Source of the DNA: an uncultured Spirochaetota bacterium | GTDB taxonomy: Bacteria > Spirochaetota > Spirochaetia > SZUA-6 > Fen-1364 | DNA length: 64,000 nucleotides | NCBI GenBank assembly: GCA_963820525.1 | Contig: CAWGAA010000003.1 | Span: 1,014,022-1,078,021, forward strand | Reading direction: 5' to 3' | Shown: positions 10,173 through 20,515 of the stretch, piece after piece | How positions within the stretch are numbered: position 1 is the stretch's first letter | How the letters are laid out: every line of letters starts with the position of its first letter | Position numbers and translations under genes: made by a program | The notes under the pieces: generated by a model | Told to the model about the DNA's origin: nothing | Database searches by the model: none | Seen by the model: only the letters and a program-made list of their open reading frames with translations

Positions 10173-13022
10173 TCATTTCCCCTTCCCGAGCGCTTTTTTC
10201 TGCACGACCTTCGTGGCCGCGAGCACCGCGGGAAGGAAGGTCATCGCGGAAAGGCTGCTCGTGAGCATCGTGATGGCCAGAAGCAGCCCCGCGGTTCGCA
10301 TGGGAATCACATTCGAGCCGAGAAGCACGGCGAACCCGAGGCCGACCGACAGGGCGTTGAAGGCGATCGCCTTCCCCGTCGTTGCAAGGGTTGCCGCGTA
10401 TGACGCCTGCACGTCCCCGCCGCTCTTCTTCAGCTCCCGCGTGTAGCGGGTGATGAAATGGATGGTGTAGTCGATGCCCGTTCCGATGGCGACGCTCGCG
10501 ATGATCGCGGTGACGAAATCAAGGGGAATGTCAAAGATCCCCATGATTCCGAAATTGACCATGATGGAGAAGACGATCGCGCACAGGGAAATGACGCCTT
10601 CGAGGATCGACCCGAAGGTCAGGCAATTGAGGATGAGAACGGCGCCAAGAGCGACCGCGAGGCTCGACAATTGGTTGATGAAAACGCTCTGCCGTATCCT
10701 CTCGATCAGATACGCGCTGCCGGTGATTTCAATGTTCTGGATGCGTACCGAGCGGACGAAGCCGGGAGCGCCGGCGGCGCCCTCTTTCGGGACGGGGATC
10801 GTTTTCCATAGGAAAGGCGCAAGGGCATAATTGAGCTCGGATCGAGGCGCATTGGCCAGGGCGGGAAACGCGGTCTCAAGCTCCCCCGTCATTGCCCGCA
10901 TCTTCGCCTGGCTGCCTTCTTCCTCCGCCAGGGTGACGATGCTCCGAGCCAGGGCCTCAACATCTGCGTTCTCCACCTCGCGGGGATCCGCTACTACGGC
11001 CAGAATGGCCTTCCGAGCCCCTTGCGGGGTTATCTCGTGCGAACGCGCGAGCATTCGATACAGGGCCCGGGCTTCCGAATTCGAAAGGGGGATCTCGGCT
11101 TCATCCCCCGTGCAATACCCCACGAGCTTCTCTTCGCTCAACGCCCCTGCGGTTTGCCCGCAGATGCGAACCAGGCGGTCGACGATCGCGTCCACGCCTG
11201 CGGAGGAGGGCGTTGCCCCATGGCTTCTCAAGGAGTTGGAGATCATGATCTTTTCGAGCTCGGCAAGGTATGGATTGCCGGGAGAGTTCACGATCACCCC
11301 GAACTCTCCCCGATATCCGCCGATGAAAGCGTTCAGATACTCGATCAGCCCTCCGACGAACACATTGTCGAAGCTCGGCAGAAGCACCGTGATGAGCCCT
11401 TCGTCCTTTTCCTTCGTCACCAGGGATTCGATGGACTTCTTTCCTTCCACGAAGAACCAGAGCTCCTGCACCTCCTTTTTCGTTTCCGGGATCGTGTACA
11501 TTCCCACCATGGCGTTGTTGAGCTCGGAGATGACGTCAGGAATGCCGCTGGGCGGCGAGAGTTGCTTGTAGGCCTTCATCCTCTCTTCGAGCATGAGAGC
11601 GAGCTTGAGAACGTCCGGATCCTGCATGTCCGCCTTGAGATAAACGGAGAGCGGGCTGAAGCCGCCGAAGTGCGCGTTCACGAACCTGCTGGCCACGTTC
11701 GGTTCCGCGTCTTTTCCGAAATACCCGAGAATGTCGACCTTGGATGCTATGCGGAAGCTGAAGAGGGAGATCCCGATCCCGAAAAGACTGAAAGCGGCGA
11801 TCACGATGTACTTGCGCTGCACGAAGATCCTGGCGAGGGCTCTGCTGATCTTGCCGACTATCGCCTTCTCGGGCTCCTCCGCTTGGAACGCGCGCTTCCG
11901 TTGCGCGGGCACCTTCAGGTGAAGGAGCACCGCCGGAATGAAGAGCAGGGCGATGATCATGGCAAGGGTGACGCCCACGGCCGTGAAGATCCCGAAGGTC
12001 TTGATCACGCTCACGTCGGCCGTGATGTTCGAGATGAACCCCGCTATGGTGGTGAGCCCCGCCATGAGCACGGGAAGTCCCACCTCGCGAATCCCGAGCC
12101 CGACGATGGCCTTTGGGTCCGTTTCCGCCGCGGCGTTTTCATAGTAATTGTTGAGCACATGGATGCCGTAGGCGCTCCCCACGGCGATGAGGAGAACCGG
12201 TACCGCGGAGCTCAATATATTGAGGGGCACGCGCACAGCCGCCATCACCCCCATGGTGAGGGCGGTGGAAAAGAGCACGGTGACGAGGGGAAGCGCGACG
12301 CCCCTGACTGTTCTGAAGGAAAGGAAAAGAACTCCAAGGACGAGGATGCTGACGAGGGGAATGAGGAAGGAGAAATCCGAGAGCACGATCTGCGCCATCG
12401 AGTCGAGGAGATACGGGTTCCCGCTGAAAAAAAGCCGTGTGCCGGCCGGTTCGAAGATCCTCGTGGCAATCGACTTCACGTCCCTGCCGACCTGGTCCGA
12501 CCTCAATCCAAACTTCGGCCGAATGACGACAAGGGCGACGGAGCCGTCCTTGGAAACGATGTTTCCCGCATAGTCCTTCTGCGCCAGGACCCTCTCTCTC
12601 AATCGCGAGAGAAAATCCTTGTCCTCGGGCAGCGGGAAGGGAACGAGCTTCTCGACCTTGATCCCTTCCCCGGTTGCCACCACGTCGTCGATGGTGGCCA
12701 GTGAGATCTGGTCTTCCACGCTGGGGAGCTTTTCAAGCTCCTGGGCGAACTCGTGGAGCCGGTTCAAGTTTTCCGCGGTGAATACGTCCGTGCAATCGAT
12801 GGCAACGAGCAGCGGCGTGTTGCTCCCGAACCGCTCATTGATGTAGTGGGGCATGCGGCCGATGTCGCTCCCCTTGTCCACCCAGAAGGTCATATCGTTC
12901 TCGAAATGGAGCTGGGAGATGAGAGCCGCGGCGGCCACCGTCACGACGATCACGCTCGCGATAATGGCCCTGGAGAAATGGATGATGAACCGCGCGATAC
13001 CGTCGTATATTTTTTCCAGCAT
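10173..13022 (-). CDS. MMPL/RND family transporter
   Basis: Two 1+5 TM repeats with large periplasmic loops; AVGSAYGIH and GTGIDYTIH motifs. Confidence 0.9.
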   Translation of the reverse strand: MLEKIYDGIARFIIHFSRAIIASVIVVTVAAAALISQLHFENDMTFWVDKGSDIGRMPHYINERFGSNTPLLVAIDCTDVFTAENLNRLHEFAQELEKLPSVEDQISLATIDDVVATGEGIKVEKLVPFPLPEDKDFLSRLRERVLAQKDYAGNIVSKDGSVALVVIRPKFGLRSDQVGRDVKSIATRIFEPAGTRLFFSGNPYLLDSMAQIVLSDFSFLIPLVSILVLGVLFLSFRTVRGVALPLVTVLFSTALTMGVMAAVRVPLNILSSAVPVLLIAVGSAYGIHVLNNYYENAAAETDPKAIVGLGIREVGLPVLMAGLTTIAGFISNITADVSVIKTFGIFTAVGVTLAMIIALLFIPAVLLHLKVPAQRKRAFQAEEPEKAIVGKISRALARIFVQRKYIVIAAFSLFGIGISLFSFRIASKVDILGYFGKDAEPNVASRFVNAHFGGFSPLSVYLKADMQDPDVLKLALMLEERMKAYKQLSPPSGIPDVISELNNAMVGMYTIPETKKEVQELWFFVEGKKSIESLVTKEKDEGLITVLLPSFDNVFVGGLIEYLNAFIGGYRGEFGVIVNSPGNPYLAELEKIMISNSLRSHGATPSSAGVDAIVDRLVRICGQTAGALSEEKLVGYCTGDEAEIPLSNSEARALYRMLARSHEITPQGARKAILAVVADPREVENADVEALARSIVTLAEEEGSQAKMRAMTGELETAFPALANAPRSELNYALAPFLWKTIPVPKEGAAGAPGFVRSVRIQNIEITGSAYLIERIRQSVFINQLSSLAVALGAVLILNCLTFGSILEGVISLCAIVFSIMVNFGIMGIFDIPLDFVTAIIASVAIGTGIDYTIHFITRYTRELKKSGGDVQASYAATLATTGKAIAFNALSVGLGFAVLLGSNVIPMRTAGLLLAITMLTSSLSAMTFLPAVLAATKVVQKKALGKGK

Positions 13023-13051
13023 ACCCCTGGTTCCTGATCGCGGCCGGGGCG

Positions 13052-13657
13052 CTATCGGGCTCCGGGCCCGGAGATAAGCATCTTGATGATGCCCGTGACG
13101 CGCCGTATGTAGAGATTCGTCGCCTCCCGCACGGCGGGTTCATCATGGCCGTCGAGCCTGTTCGCAATCATCACGTAATTGATGATGAGGGTGATGCAGA
13201 GGAGCTTGTCGATCAGGGAAGCCTCCGGCATGGATGGGAAGCTCTCCCGGAGGGTTCCTTCGATCTTGTCCCACAGCGGATTGATGAAATTCACGATGTC
13301 GATCTTGGTCTTGGGAGTTTTCAGGAGGGTCTCGTGGTACAGGATCGAGATGATGTTCTTGTTCCGCGACATATAATCTACAGCGAGGCTGATCAGCCCC
13401 TCGATGAGGGCATTGATCCCCTTCGACTTCCTGATGCGGGCTTTTTCGAACAGCACCTCGAATTCGTTCAGGTGCCTCTGGATGAGACTTATCAGCAGCC
13501 CCTCCTTGCTCGAAAAGTAGTAATAGATCATGGACTTGTTGACCTTCGCTTCCGCGGCAAGCTCGTCAATCGAGATGCCGTCGAAACCCCTCTCTGCGAA
13601 AAGCCGTGTCGAGGCCGTGAGAATTCGCTCCTTGATATTGTTCTTTCGTTCCTTCAT
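13052..13657 (-). CDS. TetR/AcrR family transcriptional regulator
   Basis: ILTASTRLFAERGFDGISIDELAAEAKVNKSMIYYYFSSKEGL HTH. Confidence 0.92.
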   Translation of the reverse strand: MKERKNNIKERILTASTRLFAERGFDGISIDELAAEAKVNKSMIYYYFSSKEGLLISLIQRHLNEFEVLFEKARIRKSKGINALIEGLISLAVDYMSRNKNIISILYHETLLKTPKTKIDIVNFINPLWDKIEGTLRESFPSMPEASLIDKLLCITLIINYVMIANRLDGHDEPAVREATNLYIRRVTGIIKMLISGPGAR

Positions 13658-13684
13658 GAGACACCTTCTTGTTCCTCTTGATTC

Positions 13685-13700
13685 AACTGAACGTTCATTC
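13685..13700. promoter_or_regulatory. Probable TetR operator at the tetR-MMPL operon promoter
   Basis: Perfect palindrome TGAACGTTCA (13688-13697) just downstream of a minus-strand TTGATT-17-TACACT promoter. Confidence 0.6.
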
Positions 13701-13785
13701 AATGAAGTGTATACCCCTCGGCAAGGAAAATCAAGCACACGAGCCACGGGATTCACGTCACGTCTTCTTGGGCGGATCGCCTCCG

Positions 13786-13833
13786 GCGCACCGCTCCAAG
13801 GCGGGACCGCGGGCGCGCCTTGGAGCGGTGCGC
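13786..13833. repeat. Perfect 18-bp inverted repeat (hairpin)
   Basis: GCGCACCGCTCCAAGGCG-N12-CGCCTTGGAGCGGTGCGC. Confidence 0.85.
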
Positions 13834-13996
13834 ATGCCCCAACACCGTCGAACTAATGTTTGTCGGTTAGGGAAAGGCCACCCCACTGCTCCGCCGGCGC
13901 CACGCGGACGGTTCGGGGAGACGACAACGCCCCGTCGAAGCGCCTCCGCCTGCCTGCACCGTAGAGCGTCGCACAGAAAAATTTCAGAATGTTCCC

Positions 13997-14025
13997 TTGA
14001 CAATATCAATTGAAAGAACTATTTT
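13997..14025 (+). promoter_or_regulatory. Sigma70-type promoter for the histone-like gene
   Basis: TTGACA-17 nt-TATTTT in an AT-rich patch. Confidence 0.55.
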
Positions 14026-14047
14026 AATGGTCACATCAATCCCCAGG

Positions 14048-14248
14048 ATGAAAGAGGCGAATGTGATTGTAAGAAAAGCGAAGAAGACGGCGAGCAAGAC
14101 TCGCAAGCCCGCGGCAAAGAAAACCGCAGGCAAGGCAACCAAGAAAGCGAAGCCGGCCAAGAAGACCGCGGCCAAGAGCACTCGTTCGAGCGCCAAACGC
14201 TCAACGAAAACGGCGAGCAAGACCCGCCGCGCCGCCGGAAGAAAGTAA
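14048..14248 (+). CDS. Small Lys/Ala-rich histone H1-like protein
   Basis: KAKKTASKTRKPAAKKTAGKATKKAKPAKKTAAK repeats; start ATG 14048 or GTG 14063; strong upstream promoter. Confidence 0.7.
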   Translation: MKEANVIVRKAKKTASKTRKPAAKKTAGKATKKAKPAKKTAAKSTRSSAKRSTKTASKTRRAAGRK

Positions 14249-14354
14249 GGCTTCCTTTTCGAGGCTGAAGCCCATGGGGAGGAGATGCTCTTCTCCTCTC
14301 CTGTCTCCCCCATCCGTGTCTTCACCGCCGGACAACTGACGCCTGGCGGGAAGC

Positions 14355-14655
14355 TCAAATAGACTTCAACATCTCCTCGCAGGCGTGCAGCGTCGTCTCG
14401 ACGCTTATCGCATCGATTCTCCCCTCGGATGACGCAACGATCCGCACCTCGCCGCCGCGCGGAGACCAGACGGCCGGGTCGGTGGGGCCGCCGGCTGCAT
14501 CGGGGGCCTCGCCAGTGGTCCCGGCGAACGCCTCCATAATTGAGGAGATTTCGATGCGCATGGGACCGCCACGCGCCCAGCGCGGGCAGGCGTGTGATGA
14601 AATCTCCGAGGGCCCCCGCGTGGTAGACCAGGCAGCCGCGATCTCCCGATATCAT
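14355..14655 (-). pseudogene. Glycosyltransferase family 9 (heptosyltransferase-like) remnant
   Basis: N-terminal LVYHAGALGDFITRLPAL and, in another frame, C-terminal GPTDPAVWSPRG...IDAISVE, with only about 300 bp in total. Confidence 0.7.
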
Positions 14656-14827
14656 TTAGGATTCCGGTCCGCGGCCGAAAGCACTCCGCGGGAATGGCAA
14701 CCCTTCGGCACGAGGGGGAATGGTAGCACAGAAGGACGGTTTTTGATAAGAAAAGGAGCGCGGGAAAACGCGGGCCGGCCGCCGGCGGCGCACATCGGAG
14801 ATATCTTTGTGAAAGGAGTATTCGACA

Positions 14828-15211
14828 ATGCCAGATCTTGATTTTTCCAAGCTCGACGGCCTGGTGCCCGCCATAGCCCAGGATTGGCGGACCGGAGAGA
14901 TCCTCATGGTCGCCTTCATGAACCAGGAGGCGTGGGACCTCACGCGCACAACCGGGATCATGCACTACTGGAGCAGGTCACGGGCCAAACTGTGGAAAAA
15001 GGGGGAGAGTTCCGGTAACATCCAGGAGGTGAAGGAGCTGCGCGTCGACTGCGACGCGGATTGCGTGCTCGCCAAGGTCCGCCAGATCGGGGACGCCGCC
15101 TGCCACACCGGCTACAGGAGCTGCTTCTACACCGTCGTGGACGGGGAGGCGACCCGCGTTGACGGCGTGAAGGTGTTCGATCCCAAGGACAAATACGGAG
15201 AATCCAAATGA
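14828..15211 (+). CDS. hisI: Phosphoribosyl-AMP cyclohydrolase
   Basis: [32 protein letters not shown]. Confidence 0.95.
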   Translation: MPDLDFSKLDGLVPAIAQDWRTGEILMVAFMNQEAWDLTRTTGIMHYWSRSRAKLWKKGESSGNIQEVKELRVDCDADCVLAKVRQIGDAACHTGYRSCFYTVVDGEATRVDGVKVFDPKDKYGESK

Positions 15212-16104
15212 GCGCACCGGTGATCAAGCTCGGCATCCCCAAGGGCAGCCTGGAGAAAGCCACCATCGAGCTGTTCCAGAAGGCGGGATGGAAGATCAGC
15301 ACCTCGGAGAGGTCGTACTTCCCCTCTGTAGACGACGGGGAGATCAAGTGCTCCCTCGTTCGCGCGCAGGAGATGGCACGCTACGTCGAGAACGGCGTGC
15401 TGGACGTGGGGCTCACCGGCCTGGACTGGGTGCTGGAAAACGGGGCTGATGTGGAGGTGGTGACGGACCTCGTCTACTCGAAGGTGAGCACGAACAAGGC
15501 GCGGTGGGTGCTCGCCGCCCTGGCCTCCTCCACAATCAACTCCGTCGCCGACTGCGCGGGAAAGACGATCGCCACGGAGCTCGTGAGCTTTACCAAGAAG
15601 TACTTCGCGGACCGGGGCATCCCCGTGCACGTGGAGTTTTCCTGGGGGGCAACGGAAGCGAAGGCGGTGGATGGCCTCGTGGACGCGATCGTGGAGGTCA
15701 CCGAGACGGGGACCACGCTCCGGGCCAATGGCCTGAAGATCGTGGACACGCTCCTGGAGACCAACACGAAGCTCATCGCCAACCGCGCCAGCATGAAAGA
15801 CCCCGTCAAACGGCGCAAGATCCAGGGCATCGCGCTTCTCCTGCGGGGAGCCCTCTCCGCCGAGAACATGGTGGGATTGAAGATGAACGTGCCGGAGGCG
15901 AAGTTCGAGGAAATCGTGAGGCTCCTCCCCAGCCTCACCTCCCCCACCGTTGCGCGCCTGCACAACACGGCGTGGTTCTCCGTGGAGATCATCGTTCGGG
16001 AATCCATCGTGAGGGAGCTGATACCCAGGCTCATCGAACAGGGTGCGGACGGCATCATCGAGTACCCCCTGAACAAGGTGGTGAACAGGAGCGACGCCCT
16101 ATGA
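15208..16104 (+). CDS. hisG: ATP phosphoribosyltransferase (long form)
   Basis: [24 protein letters not shown]-terminal regulatory domain. Confidence 0.95.
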   Translation: MSAPVIKLGIPKGSLEKATIELFQKAGWKISTSERSYFPSVDDGEIKCSLVRAQEMARYVENGVLDVGLTGLDWVLENGADVEVVTDLVYSKVSTNKARWVLAALASSTINSVADCAGKTIATELVSFTKKYFADRGIPVHVEFSWGATEAKAVDGLVDAIVEVTETGTTLRANGLKIVDTLLETNTKLIANRASMKDPVKRRKIQGIALLLRGALSAENMVGLKMNVPEAKFEEIVRLLPSLTSPTVARLHNTAWFSVEIIVRESIVRELIPRLIEQGADGIIEYPLNKVVNRSDAL

Positions 16105-18929
16105 GAGACCTCCGGCCGCCTTCGGGGCAGGGCTCCGCCGCCCCGGAAGGGGATTCACGCTCGCCCGTCTGGCACACGATGGGCGCCTCGGAAACCGCCT
16201 CGGCGCTCGGCTCTCACGGCGCGGGCGGGATTTCTCCCGAGGAGGCTGCCGAACGGCTTGCCCAATGGGGGCCGAACGAGCTTGAAGAGAAGCCGCAGCC
16301 GGGCTTCCTCGCCCTGCTTTTAGATCAGTTCAAGGACTTCCTCGTCATCATCCTGATCGTGGCCGCCCTTGTGTCCATCTTCCTGGGAGAGCTTGTCGAC
16401 GCGGGGGCCATCATCCTCATCGTGATTCTCAACGCAGCCCTTGGGGTGATCCAGGAGTCCAAGGCGGAGGAGGCGCTGGCCGCTCTCCGCAAGATGGCCG
16501 CTCCCGACGCCCGGGTGGTTCGGGGGGGTGCAACGCGGGTGGTGGCTTCCCGCGAGCTCGTTCCGGGGGACGTGGTGCTTCTGGAGGCCGGCGGCTTCGT
16601 GCCCGCGGACCTGCGGCTGGCTGAGAGCGTCAACCTCAGGGTCGAGGAAGCGTCCCTCACGGGAGAATCGGTGCCGGTTGAAAAGGACGCCGGCGCCGCC
16701 GTGGCCCGGGAGGCCCCGCTGGGAGACCGCCGTACCATGGCCTACATGGGCACCACGATCAGCTTTGGCAGGGGCAGGGGGATCGTGGTCGGCACGGGAA
16801 TGCGCACCCAGATCGGGCTCATCGCTGAGATGATCCAGGAGGAGGACCGCGAAGACACCCCGCTTCAGAAAAAGCTCTCCCAGATGGGGAGATGGCTGGG
16901 GATCGGGGCCCTCGCCATCTGCGCCGTCGTGTTCCTCGCCGGGGTCCTCGAGGGCCGCGACATCCTCACGATGTTCCTCACCTCGGTGAGCCTCGCCATT
17001 GCCGCGGTTCCCGAGGGCCTTCCCGCCATCGTCACCATCTGCCTGGCCCTTGGAATGCGGGAGATGATCAAGCACCACGCCCTGATCAGGAAGCTCCCCG
17101 CCGTGGAGACCCTGGGAAGCGCAACGGTGATCTGCACGGACAAGACGGGAACGCTCACGCAGAACGAGATGACGGCGGGGTGGCTCTTTGCCGACGGGGA
17201 GCTTCTCTCCGTTACCGGAGAGGGCTATCAGCCCTCGGGAGAGGTCAGGAAGGGAAGCGAGCGGGCGGAGCTTCGAAGCTACCCCTCCGTGAGGCTCCTC
17301 CTGCAGGCCGCGATGCTGGCGAGCGACGCCCACCTCGAGATGGGCGGCGAAGCCGATGAAGGCCGCTGGCGGATGGTGGGGGATCCCACCGAAGGCGCGC
17401 TGGTGGTTGCCGCCGCCAAGGCGGGCCTCGGGCGGGTCTCCGTGGAAAGCTTCTACCCCCGCGTTGGAGAGATCCCTTTCGATTCGGAGCGCAAGCGGAT
17501 GACCACGATTCACCGCGTGCCGATCGGAGAAAGCATCCCATCCAAGGAGGCGGCCCCGGTGGGCACGCGCGCTCCCTTCGTCGCCTTCGTGAAGGGCGCC
17601 CCGGATCTCATTTTGGAGCGATGCTCGATGCTTGCGTCGATGGGGGCGGTCCGCCCCCTCGGGCAGTCTGACCGCTCCGAGATCCTGGCCGTCAATGCCT
17701 CCCTCGCCGCAAAGGCGCTTCGCGTCCTGGGCGCTGCCTACAGGCCGCTCGCGGCGCTTCCCTCCTCCCCCGGCGCCGAAGAGGTGGAGCGGAACCTCGT
17801 ATTCATCGGCCTCGTGGGAATGATGGACCCGGCGCGGCCGGAAGCGGCCCGGGCCGTTGAGACGGCCCGTGCGGCGGGACTCAAGGTGGTCATGGTAACG
17901 GGAGACTACAAGGAGACGGCGGCCGCCATCGCCAGGAACATCGGGCTGGTCGGCGACGGCGCCGCCGCGCTCTCCGGGGCGGAAATCGACAGCAAAGACG
18001 ACGAGGAGCTGGCCCGGGCATTGGAAACGACGAGCATATTCTCCCGCGTCTCCCCTTCGCACAAGGTGCGCATCGTCGACTGCCTGAAGAGCAGGGGCCA
18101 TGTGGTCGGTATGACGGGAGACGGGGTGAACGATGCCCCGGCTCTCAAGCGGGCCGACATCGGGATCGCGATGGGGATCACGGGGACCGACGTCACCAAG
18201 GAAACCGCCGACATGGTCCTCACCGACGACAATTTCGCCTCCATCATCTCCGCAGTGGAGCAGGGTCGGATCATCTTCTCCAACATCAGGAAGTTCGTCT
18301 ATTACCTGTTGTCCTGCAACCTCGGAGAGATCGGGACGGTGCTCATCGGCACCCTCCTCGGCTGGCCCGTGCCCCTCACCGCGATCCAGCTCCTCTGGAC
18401 CAACCTCATCACGGACGGCGCTCCCGCCCTCGCCCTCGGTCTGGAGAAGGGAGAGCCGGACATCATGGCGCGGCCTCCCCGCCCCACCGCGGAGCCCATC
18501 CTCAACCCTTCCATGCGGCTCTCACTCGCCCTTCAGGCCGTTGCAATCACCTCAGCGTCGCTCCTGGCGTTCTGGCTCGGACAGCACGTCTTCGCCTCGG
18601 TGGACGCGGCCCGCACCATGGCTTTCGTGACCCTGTCGGGCTGCCAGCTGGCGCGGGCGTACACGAACCGCTCGGAGAGGGCGTCCGTCTTCGCCATCGG
18701 GATGTTCTCCAACAGATGGATGCAGTACGCCGTGCTCTCCTCGGTGGCGCTTCTGCTCGCGGTGATCTACATCCCCTTCATCAGCACGGTGTTCAACGTC
18801 GTTCCCCTCGGGCTCCAGGCCTGGGCATACCTTCTCCCCCTGATCCTCCTTCCCGCCGTGGTGGATGAGATAGCGAAGATCTTCCTGCGCCGAAGCGACA
18901 TGCGGAAGGCGGCTTCCGTCGGGAGGTAA
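16101..18929 (+). CDS. Cation-transporting P-type ATPase (Ca2+-type, P2A-like)
   Basis: [34 protein letters not shown] 16101 overlaps the hisG stop. Confidence 0.93.
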   Translation: MRDLRPPSGQGSAAPEGDSRSPVWHTMGASETASALGSHGAGGISPEEAAERLAQWGPNELEEKPQPGFLALLLDQFKDFLVIILIVAALVSIFLGELVDAGAIILIVILNAALGVIQESKAEEALAALRKMAAPDARVVRGGATRVVASRELVPGDVVLLEAGGFVPADLRLAESVNLRVEEASLTGESVPVEKDAGAAVAREAPLGDRRTMAYMGTTISFGRGRGIVVGTGMRTQIGLIAEMIQEEDREDTPLQKKLSQMGRWLGIGALAICAVVFLAGVLEGRDILTMFLTSVSLAIAAVPEGLPAIVTICLALGMREMIKHHALIRKLPAVETLGSATVICTDKTGTLTQNEMTAGWLFADGELLSVTGEGYQPSGEVRKGSERAELRSYPSVRLLLQAAMLASDAHLEMGGEADEGRWRMVGDPTEGALVVAAAKAGLGRVSVESFYPRVGEIPFDSERKRMTTIHRVPIGESIPSKEAAPVGTRAPFVAFVKGAPDLILERCSMLASMGAVRPLGQSDRSEILAVNASLAAKALRVLGAAYRPLAALPSSPGAEEVERNLVFIGLVGMMDPARPEAARAVETARAAGLKVVMVTGDYKETAAAIARNIGLVGDGAAALSGAEIDSKDDEELARALETTSIFSRVSPSHKVRIVDCLKSRGHVVGMTGDGVNDAPALKRADIGIAMGITGTDVTKETADMVLTDDNFASIISAVEQGRIIFSNIRKFVYYLLSCNLGEIGTVLIGTLLGWPVPLTAIQLLWTNLITDGAPALALGLEKGEPDIMARPPRPTAEPILNPSMRLSLALQAVAITSASLLAFWLGQHVFASVDAARTMAFVTLSGCQLARAYTNRSERASVFAIGMFSNRWMQYAVLSSVALLLAVIYIPFISTVFNVVPLGLQAWAYLLPLILLPAVVDEIAKIFLRRSDMRKAASVGR

Positions 18930-18931
18930 GC

Positions 18932-19726
18932 ATGGAGCAGTACCTTCAGTTGTGCAGGCGAATTCTCGACAGCGGCGTGGACAGAGAAGACAGGACCGGA
19001 GTGGGAACGCGCAGCGTCTTCGGCCATCAGATGCGCTTCGACCTGGCCAGGGGCTTTCCCCTTCTGACCACCAAGAAGCTCTTCATCAAGGGGATCATCC
19101 ACGAGCTTCTCTGGTTCCTCCGGGGAGAGACGAACATCCGCTCCCTGAACGAGGCGGGGGTCCACATCTGGGACCAGTGGGCGAACGCCGACGGTGAGCT
19201 GGGCCCCGTGTACGGGAGGCAGTGGCGGTCGTGGCCCGCCCCCGACGGCAGGTCCATCGACCAGATCGCCCTGCTCATTGAGGGAATCAGGAAGTTCCCC
19301 ACTTCGCGGCGGCACATCGTGTGCGCGTGGAACGTGGCGGAGATCGAAAGGATGGCCCTCCCCCCCTGCCACTGCCTCTTTCAATTCTACGCGGCGGACG
19401 AAGGGCTCTCCTGCCAGCTCTATCAGCGGAGCGCGGATGTGTTCCTTGGAGTCCCCTTCAACATCGCTTCCTACAGTTTGCTCACCCTCATGGTTGCCCA
19501 GGTCTGCGGCCTGCGAGCGCGGGAGTTCATCCATACGCTGGGCGACGCGCATATCTACGCGAATCACGTGGACAAGGTGCGGCTCCAGCTCACCCGCGCG
19601 CCGCGCGTCCTTCCCGTGATGAAGCTCAACCCCGCCGTCAGGGAGATCGACGCCTTCCGTTACGAGGATTTCACGCTTGAAGGCTACGACCCTCATCCCC
19701 ATATAAAAGGCGATATCGCCGTATAA
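18932..19726 (+). CDS. thyA: Thymidylate synthase
   Basis: [38 protein letters not shown]. Confidence 0.97.
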   Translation: MEQYLQLCRRILDSGVDREDRTGVGTRSVFGHQMRFDLARGFPLLTTKKLFIKGIIHELLWFLRGETNIRSLNEAGVHIWDQWANADGELGPVYGRQWRSWPAPDGRSIDQIALLIEGIRKFPTSRRHIVCAWNVAEIERMALPPCHCLFQFYAADEGLSCQLYQRSADVFLGVPFNIASYSLLTLMVAQVCGLRAREFIHTLGDAHIYANHVDKVRLQLTRAPRVLPVMKLNPAVREIDAFRYEDFTLEGYDPHPHIKGDIAV

Positions 19727-19736
19727 GGAGCGCCCG

Positions 19737-20222
19737 GTGCCCGTTTCGCTTATCGCGGCAGTGGCCGCCAACCGCGTCATCGGCCGCGGCGGAATGCTTC
19801 CCTGGCGGCTCGCTGCCGACATGGCCTACTTCAAGGGCATCACCATGGGGCATACCCTCGTGATGGGGAGAAAAACCTTCCAGACCATCGGCAAGCCCAT
19901 CCCCGGCAGGCGGATCGTCGTTTTGACCCGCGACCCGGCGTTCAGCGCTCCGGGGTGTCTCATCGCCCGCTCCCCGGACGAGGCAATGGCGCGGTCCGCC
20001 TCGGATGAGCTGTTCGTGGCGGGAGGCGCTGAGATCTTCGCCCTCTTCCTGCCGCTCGCCGAGCGTCTCTACATCACCCACGTCGACTCCGCCGTTTCCG
20101 GCGACACGCTTTTCCCCGAGATCGATTACCGTCAGTGGCGGGTCGTGTCGGAGAAGCCGGGCGTTGTGGATGAAAAAAACCCCCTGCCCCACCGCTTCGT
20201 CGTCTACGAAAAGAGGCGGTGA
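19737..20222 (+). CDS. folA: Dihydrofolate reductase
   Basis: LPWRLAADMAYFK, VMGRKTF, VAGGAEIF, GDTLFP; adjacent to thyA. Confidence 0.95.
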   Translation: MPVSLIAAVAANRVIGRGGMLPWRLAADMAYFKGITMGHTLVMGRKTFQTIGKPIPGRRIVVLTRDPAFSAPGCLIARSPDEAMARSASDELFVAGGAEIFALFLPLAERLYITHVDSAVSGDTLFPEIDYRQWRVVSEKPGVVDEKNPLPHRFVVYEKRR

Positions 20223-20350
20223 TGAGGGCGGATGAGATTCTGAAGCGCTTGAAGGGGATGTCCAGCCCCGAAGGCGTGAAGTGGGTGGCCTCCGATGCCC
20301 TTCGCGAGCTTACCAGCGCAGCGGTGCGGCGGCGCATCCGCTGCCGATAG
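20222..20350 (+). pseudogene. DNA alkylation repair protein (AlkD-like) remnant with in-frame internal deletion
   Basis: 42-aa ORF MRADEILKRLKGMSSPEGV-KWVASDALRELTSAAVRRRIRCR joins an AlkD-like N-terminus to the W(I/V)ASDALREL C-terminal helix; TGATG coupling to folA. Confidence 0.6.
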
Positions 20351-20422
20351 CCAGGGCCCCGCCGGGGCGGCGCATACGCTGCCGATAGCCAGGGCCCCGC
20401 CGGGGCGCCGCATCCGCTGCCG
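20328..20422. repeat. 38-bp tandem repeat, about 2.5 copies, with internal palindromes
   Basis: GGCGGCGCATCCGCTGCCGATAGCCAGGGCCCCGCCGG at 20328, 20366 (1 mismatch) and partial at 20404. Confidence 0.9.
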
Positions 20423-20515
20423 GCAAGCCTGGGCGCCGCGGTTCCGCGCCGGGTACAGCTACGCGCCCGCACGCCCGCGTGACGCCGCGCGCCGACATGT
20501 GTTACACTTGATCTG

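Noticed and set aside
15504..16100. N-terminal 199-aa extension of the P-type ATPase ORF
   Set aside because: Overlaps hisG in another frame; ATG 16101 at the hisG stop is the plausible start.
20328..20422. Possible CRISPR array
   Set aside because: Contiguous tandem copies without unique spacers, and no cas genes.
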